Assembly (NCBI GenBank): GCA_051532055.1
Contig: JAOPTX010000015.1
Location: 218,656 to 238,308, forward strand
Origin: Fibrobacterales bacterium
GTDB lineage: Bacteria > Fibrobacterota > Fibrobacteria > Fibrobacterales > JAOPTW01
Reading direction: 5' to 3'
Length of the DNA stretch: 19,653 nt
This document shows, one piece after another, positions 1 through 8,400 of this stretch (position 1 is its first letter; every line of letters begins with the position of its first letter). Under the pieces are notes generated by a model. The model was not told the DNA's origin, did not search any database, and saw only the letters and a program-made list of their open reading frames with translations. A program made the position numbers and the translations under genes.

Positions 1-34
1 CGGCTCTTTTTGTCTAAATGTATGCAGTATCTAT

Positions 35-1036
35 CTAAGGATTAATTGATTTTTCGTGACACTCTGCAAAAGTGTTTGTCTGGGTTTCCCACACTTTATC
101 TGGATCATCTGAACGTAACCAGCTGAGATATGCAGACCCCCTGTAGGACCATGCAAATAGGTTTCGAATACCCACATTAAAGGCTGCCCATGTTGCTTGC
201 TCTATGGAGTCTTCATTGTTTTTTTGTATGTGGTAATTTTTAATCCACATTTGTGGTTGTTTTCCATACTTAGTACAGAGGTCCATAATTTTGCGCGACT
301 CTTTTTGGTAGGTTTGGCTTATGGTTTTAATGCGTTCACCCTTTTCCCAATAGGGGTCAGTACCTAATTCGTCTACAGCTTCAAGTTGTGCAAATTTGTC
401 CCAATCTGAAATGCCGTCGTTGAAAGAAGAAGGAAGTAAACAAACTGAATTTCTTTTTTTAAGTTCTTTAACTCGTTTGGTCATAATATCTAGGAATTCC
501 AGAAGACTCTCTTCTCTGAATTCAATAACACTATTGGTAAGGCTTCCAGGCATAGTATGCCCATACCTTTTTCTAAATTTCTTTTTACAGATATCACAAC
601 AACATGACCACTTGTCTGGAGCGTCTTTTTCAAAATAAAAATGAGGCTCATCCCAGAAGACTGTCTCGATGTCGCATGAGCATACAAAGTCAATCCATTC
701 AAACATGTAGGCATGGAAATCGAGATTATTGATACAAGACGCTACAGTTGCTTCATCCTGATTATTAATTTGGGCCATTGATCTATTGCGGGCAGCAAGT
801 TCTGAATACGCTTCTCCGCCAAACACTCGCCCAATACCCCAAGGGTTTACATATACTTTGAGACCTGATTTTGTGGAGAGTTGAATGATCTCTCTCATTG
901 TCTCTTTGTAATATTGGAAATCTTCTTCGGAAAAAGTATGAAGAATGTGGGTATACATTGAAGATGCAATAAGATTAACATCAACACGAACAAACTCTGG
1001 GTTACGGACCCCAAAGTAGGCAATTCCAGTTTTCAT
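35..1036 (-). CDS. Putative glycoside hydrolase-like (TIM-barrel) protein with Cys cluster; substrate unknown
   Basis: 333-aa ORF with alternating beta/alpha pattern, FWDEPH motif (acid/base-like position of clan GH-A barrels) followed by WSCCCDIC, resembling the Zn-binding Cys cluster of GH42-type enzymes; no signal peptide evident. Family assignment is by motif recognition only. Confidence 0.55.
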   Translation of the reverse strand: MKTGIAYFGVRNPEFVRVDVNLIASSMYTHILHTFSEEDFQYYKETMREIIQLSTKSGLKVYVNPWGIGRVFGGEAYSELAARNRSMAQINNQDEATVASCINNLDFHAYMFEWIDFVCSCDIETVFWDEPHFYFEKDAPDKWSCCCDICKKKFRKRYGHTMPGSLTNSVIEFREESLLEFLDIMTKRVKELKKRNSVCLLPSSFNDGISDWDKFAQLEAVDELGTDPYWEKGERIKTISQTYQKESRKIMDLCTKYGKQPQMWIKNYHIQKNNEDSIEQATWAAFNVGIRNLFAWSYRGSAYLSWLRSDDPDKVWETQTNTFAECHEKSINP

Positions 1037-1044
1037 GGGAGCCT

Positions 1045-1548
1045 TTAAAAGTTAGAGATGGCACGTGACCATTGAGGGGTTGCAGCTTGTTTAAAAAGAT
1101 GCTCAAGAACTTCATTCCATTCATTTTTATCAACAGGTTTTTTAAGCATAAACGCAGTTTTATCAATAGGGATTAGATCAGTGTCTTCTACTAATTCAAT
1201 AATCCAGCATTCAGGAATACCTTCCCGAAGCTCTTTTGCGAATTTACGAACCTGTTGGTTTTTTAATGAGTGGTCAATGATAACAAGAAATGGAGGGTTT
1301 CCAATGTCAAGAGGAAGCTGTAATGACTTACGAGCAAGTTCGACAGAGTCACAGGTGTAGACAGTAGGCTCAACATTCAATTTGTTGCTATTTATCCAGT
1401 CAACAAGCCAAGCAGAGATATTGCGTATCTCTGATCCGAGTGGAGCTATTGCGATTATATGTCCCTGCAAAGTAAACCCTTTTAGGTTAGCACATGTTGA
1501 AATATACATATTAACTATTTCTTTTTGGGTGAATTTACGAGAGCTCAT
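1045..1548 (-). CDS. Hypothetical protein with degenerate receiver (REC)-like fold
   Basis: 167-aa ORF; PFLVIIDHSL...ELREGIPECWIIELV...FMLKKPVDKNEWNEVL follows the beta3-Asp/beta4/beta5-KP pattern of REC domains; ends 8 bp before the start of the 333-aa ORF, so probably one operon. Confidence 0.5.
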   Translation of the reverse strand: MSSRKFTQKEIVNMYISTCANLKGFTLQGHIIAIAPLGSEIRNISAWLVDWINSNKLNVEPTVYTCDSVELARKSLQLPLDIGNPPFLVIIDHSLKNQQVRKFAKELREGIPECWIIELVEDTDLIPIDKTAFMLKKPVDKNEWNEVLEHLFKQAATPQWSRAISNF

Positions 1549-1595
1549 AAAATATTCACCTAGGAGAGTAATACATATTTGCTACCTTACAATTT

Positions 1596-2585
1596 ATGAG
1601 TGAGAATCAACAAATCGAAAGTGGCGAGTTTGGCTTTATTAAGTTAATAAAGCAAAAACTGCCCAAATATTCAAAAAAAAGCAATATTGTTTTAGGAATC
1701 GGTGACGATTGCGCTGTAGTTTCCCATGCCCAAGGCCAATATGTCTATACTACTGATGCAGTGGTTGAAGGGGTTCATTTTCGACTCGATTGGTCTTCTA
1801 TAGAAGATGTAGTATCAAAAGTAGTTGTTGCGAATTTATCAGATATTAATGCAATGGGTGGTCAGCCTCATTCTATGTTAGTCACTGTTGGTATTCCGAA
1901 CAGATGGTCAACTACGGAAAAAGAGGAACTTGCTACTTCAATAGCTACAGCTGCAACACTATACAATGTACCGGTCATTGGAGGAGATACTGTTTCTTCA
2001 GAGACTGCTTTTATCTCAATTGCTATGACTGGAGTTGTTGGGGGAAACCTACTTTTACGAAGCTCGGCTGTTCCTGGACATTCAATATATGTAAGCGGAA
2101 CTTTAGGGGATTCTGCTGCCGGTCTCTCGATCCTCCAAGATAATGAGAATGATAGCAGGCAGAGTGCCTTAGTAAGGGTTCATTGCAAACCTACCTATCC
2201 TGTTGGGCTTGGAAAAGCTCTCTCTGAGTTAGATACGTCCGTATGTTGTATGGATATTAGTGATGGACTTAGTTCTGAATTGAATCACCTTTCTGTTCAG
2301 TCTGAAGTCAATATGAGAGTATATGAAGATTTAGTGCCAATTTCGCCCCATTTATCTCAATTTTCGAAAAAAAGTAGTGAAAGTTGTCGAAAATATTGGT
2401 TAAATGGAGGAGAGGAGTATCAGTTGTTGTTCACCATCGATGAATCTGCAAATGGATTCAAGGATCTGGCTCAACAATATTCACTAACTAAAATAGGTGA
2501 GGTACTCAGAGGAACAGGGGTCTTTTTAGTAGATCATAGCGGGAATGAGCAAAAGGTAAGTCCTGATGCGTTTACCCATTTTTAG
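1596..2585 (+). CDS. thiL: Thiamine-monophosphate kinase
   Basis: GEFGFI N-terminus, GIGDDCA, TTDAVVEGVHF, NLSDINAMGG, IGGDT, MDISDGL, GGEEYQLLFT and C-terminal FTHF motifs typical of ThiL. Confidence 0.95.
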   Translation: MSENQQIESGEFGFIKLIKQKLPKYSKKSNIVLGIGDDCAVVSHAQGQYVYTTDAVVEGVHFRLDWSSIEDVVSKVVVANLSDINAMGGQPHSMLVTVGIPNRWSTTEKEELATSIATAATLYNVPVIGGDTVSSETAFISIAMTGVVGGNLLLRSSAVPGHSIYVSGTLGDSAAGLSILQDNENDSRQSALVRVHCKPTYPVGLGKALSELDTSVCCMDISDGLSSELNHLSVQSEVNMRVYEDLVPISPHLSQFSKKSSESCRKYWLNGGEEYQLLFTIDESANGFKDLAQQYSLTKIGEVLRGTGVFLVDHSGNEQKVSPDAFTHF

Positions 2586-2599
2586 AGAGGAGTGTAACT

Positions 2600-4495
2600 G
2601 TGGATTCTAATGCAGTAAACCGGACAAAGATCGGTGAATTACTGGTGAGCCAGGAAGTTATAACTGATGAGCAATTAGAACATGCCCTTGAGGAACAAGA
2701 ACGGACAGGTTTACTTCTTGGTAAAACCTTAGTGCTGTTAGGCTATGTAGAAGACGATGCACTCTCTGCAATTTTAGGTAACCAACTTCAAATACAACAA
2801 AAACAACGTCTCGGGACTGTCTTAGTGAATCAAGGCATCATTGAAGAACGAGACTTGGAGCGCGCTCTTGAAAAACAGAAAGAGACTGGCGAGAAACTAG
2901 GAAAATGTTTGGTCTCACTCGGAGTAATAACAGAGTCCAAATTAGTTGAGGTCCTTGCAGCCATCCTTGAAGTTCCTCAAGTAAAACTTGCCAATTTTCA
3001 AATTGAGCCAGAAGTAATTTCAATGATTCCGGAGGAGATGTGTCGTACTCACTTAATTATCCCCCTCTATGCTAAAAACAATATTATAACCGTAGCAATG
3101 ACTGACCCTACAAATCTTCGTACTGTGGATCATATTAAATTTAAGACTCAGATGGATGTTGATGCGGTAATGGCCACTGAAGAAGAAATTACTGCTTCAT
3201 TAAATTCCTTATACGGAGGAACCTCAGAATCATTGAGTTCAATTTTAGAAGAAGATACGGGTCTAGAAACTGTCGAAGATTCTGATGAAAATGATCAAGA
3301 TGTTGAACTAACCGATGAAGAGGGGCAACAAGTTGTACGAGTTGTAAATACTATTATCAATGAAGCGATCTCTAAAGGTGCCTCAGATATTCACCTTGAA
3401 CCCCAAGAGGGGTACTTACAACTTCGCTATAGAGTTGATGGAGCGTTAATCGTTAATCCACCAATACCGGCAAAATTAATGCCACAGATAATTTCTAGGC
3501 TTAAAATATTATCAAAAATGGATATTGCAGAGAAACGGAAACCGCTGGATGGACGTTTTACAGTGAAGTATCAAGGTAAAGAAGTTGACTTGCGGGTGAG
3601 TTCATTTCCGTCAGCTCTTAGGAAGCGAGGAATATCAGAGAAAATAGTATTACGGATACTCGATCCAAACTCTAATAATATTCCCCTCGAAGGAATGGGT
3701 TTTCAAGAGTCAATGCTCAAAAGCTTTAAACAGAAAATTGCTTTACCCAATGGAATTATTTTGGTTACCGGGCCAACGGGTTCTGGTAAGTCGACAACGC
3801 TCTATGCGTGTGTTAAGGATATTAATAAACCTGAAATTAATATTGTCACTATGGAAGACCCAGTAGAGATGAACCTTGAGGGAGTGACTCAAGGACAAAT
3901 CAATAATGCTGCAGGGTTTACTTTTGCCGCTGGGCTTAAAGCGATTCTTCGCCAAGACCCCGATGTAATAATGCTTGGGGAAATGCGTGATTTAGAGACT
4001 GCAGCAATGGCTATTGAGTCAGCCCTTACGGGACATATGGTTTTTAGTACCTTGCATACTAACGATGCGGCAGGGGCTTATCCACGTCTACTTGATATGG
4101 GTTTAGAGCCATTTCTGGTAGCCTCTTCTATTGAGGGTATTCTTGCACAGCGTCTCGTGAGACGCATTTGTGATAAATGTAAAGAGCCTGTAACTACTGA
4201 TCCAATAGTACTTGAAGAATTTGGACTCGCAGCAGATGCGCAGTTTTACGAAGGAAAGGGATGTAAAGTTTGCGAAGGAAAAGGATATAAAGGGCGTTGT
4301 GGTATTTTTGAATTTCTAGTTCCGAATGCTGAGGTTAGAAGTCTCATTCTTAATAGAGCTGGAGCTGACGACATCAAACGGGCGGCAATGAAAAGCGGTA
4401 TGATAACTTTGAGAAAAGATGGGCTTCTTAAAGCCCAAATGGGATTGACAACTCTAAAAGAGGTGATCGCGGCTTCGAAAGACGATGATGTGTAA
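2600..4495 (+). CDS. GspE/PilB/MshE-family secretion or pilus assembly ATPase with tandem N-terminal MshEN modules
   Basis: GTG start with GAGGAG RBS; ASDIHLEP, Walker A GPTGSGKST, Asp box EDPVE, LRQDPDVIMLGEMRD, His box GHMVFSTLHTND, tetracysteine CDKC...CKVC; four (R/K/L)(L/I)GxxL-type motifs in aa 10-122. Confidence 0.93.
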   Translation: MDSNAVNRTKIGELLVSQEVITDEQLEHALEEQERTGLLLGKTLVLLGYVEDDALSAILGNQLQIQQKQRLGTVLVNQGIIEERDLERALEKQKETGEKLGKCLVSLGVITESKLVEVLAAILEVPQVKLANFQIEPEVISMIPEEMCRTHLIIPLYAKNNIITVAMTDPTNLRTVDHIKFKTQMDVDAVMATEEEITASLNSLYGGTSESLSSILEEDTGLETVEDSDENDQDVELTDEEGQQVVRVVNTIINEAISKGASDIHLEPQEGYLQLRYRVDGALIVNPPIPAKLMPQIISRLKILSKMDIAEKRKPLDGRFTVKYQGKEVDLRVSSFPSALRKRGISEKIVLRILDPNSNNIPLEGMGFQESMLKSFKQKIALPNGIILVTGPTGSGKSTTLYACVKDINKPEINIVTMEDPVEMNLEGVTQGQINNAAGFTFAAGLKAILRQDPDVIMLGEMRDLETAAMAIESALTGHMVFSTLHTNDAAGAYPRLLDMGLEPFLVASSIEGILAQRLVRRICDKCKEPVTTDPIVLEEFGLAADAQFYEGKGCKVCEGKGYKGRCGIFEFLVPNAEVRSLILNRAGADDIKRAAMKSGMITLRKDGLLKAQMGLTTLKEVIAASKDDDV

Positions 4496-4500
4496 ATGTT

Positions 4501-4974
4501 TTAGATTGTATGAGTAATAGTATGAAGGAGTGAGTTGAGGCTGCGACCATGCTCACCATGTGATGCCACATTTTTTTGATACTTTTTAATGAGTTGATTA
4601 TACCCTTTAACAGAAAAGCTGGGAGATTTTGTCTGCTGTAGCAGTAAATTTTGGCATATTTGAGATAAAATAAGAATTGATGCTTCTAGTTGTTGCAGAT
4701 AGGACTTTAATTTGATATAATAGTTGCGAACTGCTTCAGGGTGTGAGACTTTTATTTCGGAGTTAATAAAAGTAATTTGATCCTTGAGAGTAGTACAAAT
4801 CTTTTGCAATACAGAAATGTGACGTTCAAAATTTTGTGAACCGTAAAGAAGTGATAACGGGAATATTTTTTTGAATGAAAAAGAAAACACAGAGTTATGA
4901 ATGTTGAGATAACCCTTTTGAATTTCTTGAACATTCTGGGTAAGTAGAAGATATTTTGGTTGTTGGGTATTCAT
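4501..4974 (-). CDS. Hypothetical protein, basic and probably helical
   Basis: 157-aa ATG ORF that fills the gap between the ATPase and STAS genes without overlap; no recognised motif. Confidence 0.55.
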   Translation of the reverse strand: MNTQQPKYLLLTQNVQEIQKGYLNIHNSVFSFSFKKIFPLSLLYGSQNFERHISVLQKICTTLKDQITFINSEIKVSHPEAVRNYYIKLKSYLQQLEASILILSQICQNLLLQQTKSPSFSVKGYNQLIKKYQKNVASHGEHGRSLNSLLHTITHTI

Positions 4975-5036
4975 GATTATAACACAAGACTGATTGGATA
5001 CAAAGGTATAAATTCGTTGTTAATAATGGTAGCAAT

Positions 5037-5375
5037 ATGGAATTAGAAGTAATTATAAAAGAAGATACGGCACTTACAAAAATCAAAGGTAAATTAACTG
5101 CAATCTCATTTAGTGAGTCATTACGTGGTACAGTTAAAGATCTTTGTGAAAAGGATGTAAAGACTATTATTCTTGATATGTCTGAGCTCATCTATATCGA
5201 TAGTACTGGTGTTGGAGAACTCGTATCAGTATATACTACTGCATCAAATGCAGATGTTAATTTGTTTCTGTTTGATGTTCCTAAAGTTGTAGAAGAGATT
5301 TTAGAAACAACAAATTTACTTGAGGTATTCACGATACTCGATGATACTGCTCAAGAAGTTTCTTCATTTCAATAA
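5037..5375 (+). CDS. STAS-domain protein (SpoIIAA/RsbV-like anti-sigma factor antagonist)
   Basis: 112 aa, acidic; IILDMSELIYIDSTGVGELV contains the D-S-(S/T)-G phosphorylation motif of anti-anti-sigma STAS proteins. Confidence 0.9.
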   Translation: MELEVIIKEDTALTKIKGKLTAISFSESLRGTVKDLCEKDVKTIILDMSELIYIDSTGVGELVSVYTTASNADVNLFLFDVPKVVEEILETTNLLEVFTILDDTAQEVSSFQ

Positions 5376-5384
5376 GAAAAAATT

Positions 5385-5406
5385 AGGGCCTTATTTCTAA
5401 GGCCCT
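5385..5406. terminator. Probable bidirectional intrinsic terminator between convergent STAS gene and uvrA
   Basis: Perfect 9-bp stem AGGGCCTTA-TTTC-TAAGGCCCT; A-run on the left gives a U-rich tail on the minus strand, TCATTT on the right. Confidence 0.75.
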
Positions 5407-5445
5407 TCATTTACACAATTTAATACTAATAAAAAAGACGTCTCA

Positions 5446-8400
5446 CTAGTGAGTGGTACTTTGTGGGTATAGAGCGTTGTGGGTATGATTAAGAGCTTTA
5501 GTCTTTTTAAAGCTATCTTGTGTTCCACTAAAAAGTATTGAGCCACCTTTGCCGCCACCTTCAGGGCCAAGATCTACAATCCAATCAGCATTTTTTAATA
5601 TATCTACCTGGTGTTCAATGACAATGACTGTGTTACCTTTGTTAACCAGTGCGCGTAGTATATTCCACAACTGTTGTATATCGTGTGAATGGAGGCCTGT
5701 TGAAGGTTCATCTAATATGAAAACAGTATGGCCTCGTCCAGCTTTCGAAAGTTCTGCTGCGAGTTTAAGTCTTTGAGACTCGCCACCAGAAAGGGTTGTT
5801 GCTGATTGGCCGAGACGAAGATAACCAAGACCAATTTCTGAAAAGGTTTTAAGAATTGCATGGACTGAGGGTTGATTGCTGAAAAATGCAGCGGCTTCAT
5901 CTACGCGCATTTCCATAACGTCAGCAATATTTTTTCCTTTAAAGGTGATACTGAGTGTGTCACTATTGTAGCGCTTTCCTTTACAACCATCACACACTTC
6001 CCATACGTCTGATAGAAAGTGCATTTCTATATGAATAGAACCACGGCCTTCGCACACTGGGCAACGACCTTCAGCTTTGTTAAACGAGAAACGCCCTTTG
6101 GCATAACCCTTAATTTTAGAGTCGGCAAGTGCTGCATACAGATCACGAATTTTATCAAATGCCTTGGTATAGGTTATAGGAGTTGAACGGGGGGTACTAC
6201 CAATAGGGCTTTGATCAACGAGAACTATTTTATCAATATTCTCTTTATAGGTGAGCTTCCCTAGGTTTTTCACTTTGTGGCGACGTTTGTTCACTTTATT
6301 TTCGAGGAGTGTGTACAAACAGTCTATAACGAGACTACTTTTACCAGAACCAGAGACACCAGAAATTGCAGACAATTTATTAAAAGGGATTGTGAGGGTG
6401 TCACCCTTCAGGTTGTGAAGAGTACTACCTTTGAGGGTTAGGTTAGAATCGGTTTGTGGTGCGAGTATATCTATTGGGTTTTCAAATTGCTTTGTGTTGT
6501 GAAGATATGCAGCAGTAAGAGACTTTTTAGTCTGACGTTTAAGAGATGAAGGTGACCCGGTAACGAGCACTTCGCCTCCATATTCTCCTGCCGCTGGCCC
6601 CATGTCGATTATGTGGTCGGCTGCAAGCATAAATTCAGTATCATGTTCAACTACGACAACCGTATTGCCGAGGTCCCTCAGTTCGTTGAGGGTTTCAATA
6701 AGTACCTGAGTATCTTTTTGATGAAGCCCAGTAGTTGGTTCATCAAGTACATAGAGGGCTCCTTCAAGACCAGAGCCAATTTGACTGGCTAAACGTATTC
6801 GTTGAGATTCCCCACCAGATAATGTATCACCTTTTCTATCAAGAGATAGATATCCAATACCCACTTTTCGTAAAAAGGTGAGTCTATTTTCAATCTCTTG
6901 TATGACTTGTCGAACGATAAGTTTTTCTTTGGGGGTAAAACGATAGGTTTGAAAGAGGGCAAAACACTCATCTATGGTGAGACGACTGAGATCAGTGATA
7001 TGACTATTGTTGAAGGTGACTGCAAGATATTCAACTTTAAGCCTATCTCCTTCACACATAGGGCATTGTTTATTATTTATAGTACCAAGTCCTGAACAAA
7101 ATTCACAAGCTCCCCAATGAGAGTTAAATGAAAAGTGTTTAGGCTCGACTTGATCTTCAAAGTAGTAGTGACAATCAGTACAGCCAGGAAGTGTTGAAAA
7201 TAGATCGACGGTACCATCTTCTTTGGGGAGAGCTATTAAGTTGTTGCCCAGCTCACGTGCGCGTTCAAGTGACTCAATAATTCTTTTTCTGTTTTTTGGA
7301 AGTGCTTTAACTCGATCAATGATGGCATATACCGTGCACTCCTTTGTGATGTCGGGGGCTTCTTCAACAGAATACGTTGTGCCGTTGACATTAAGTTTTA
7401 CCACTCCAGCATGTATTAGCTTTTGAATGAGTCCTGATCCATTTTTTGTATAATCGAGGAGAAGTCGTTTTGTTGTACCTGGGATTTTAATAGGTGCTGC
7501 TATAGCTATGGGCGACCCTTCATCTCTTGTCTGGATTTTTTTATAGATATCAACGAGTGAGTACTCTTCAAGTTTTTTCTCACAATGAATACAACCAATG
7601 GTACCGATCCGTGCATAGAGGATACGAAAATAGTCATAGATTTCTGTTATGGTTGCTACAGTTGAGCGCGGACTTTTGTTAGCGCTTTTTTGATCAATAG
7701 CAATTGCTGGCGCAAGGCCTGTAATAGAGTCGACGCTCCCACGATCCATTTGGCCTACAAACCTTCGAGCATAGGTAGACATAGACTCGACAAATCTCCG
7801 TTGACCTTCTGCAAAAAGAGTGTGGAACGCGAGTGAGGATTTACCAGAGCCAGAGACTCCAGTGACAACAGTAAGTTTATGCTGAGGTATACTGATGTCA
7901 ATATTTTTAAGATTGTGTTTTTTAGCACCTTTAATTTCTATGTGAGTCGTCGGTGATTTCTTAGATTTTTTATGAGATTTTGGTTTCGTATACCGTGGAT
8001 TTAACGCAGCCTTTAAAAAAGGTGCAGTGTAAGAATGTATACTCTCTGCTACTTCTTCTGGAGTGCCTGTTGCAACAATAGTACCACCGCCTGAGCCACC
8101 ATCGGGGCCTAAGTCTATGATCCAATCAGCACACTTAATTACGTCGGTATTGTGTTCAATAATTATCATGGAGTTACCACGATCTATTAACTCCTGAAAA
8201 CAGATCATAAGTTGTTTAATGTCTTCGAAATGCAGCCCTGTTGTTGGTTCATCAAGAATATAAAGGGTATCGGCTTGGGTTGATCGTTTCAGCTCGGAAG
8301 TGATTTTAATTCTTTGAGCTTCACCGCCAGAAAGTGTAGTAGAAGATTGCCCTAGGGTTATGTATCCAAGGTCGACTTTTTTAAGGAGCGTAAGGATAGC

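Noticed and set aside
1549..1595. TPP riboswitch upstream of thiL
   Set aside because: The spacer is only 47 bp and lacks the TPP aptamer motifs.
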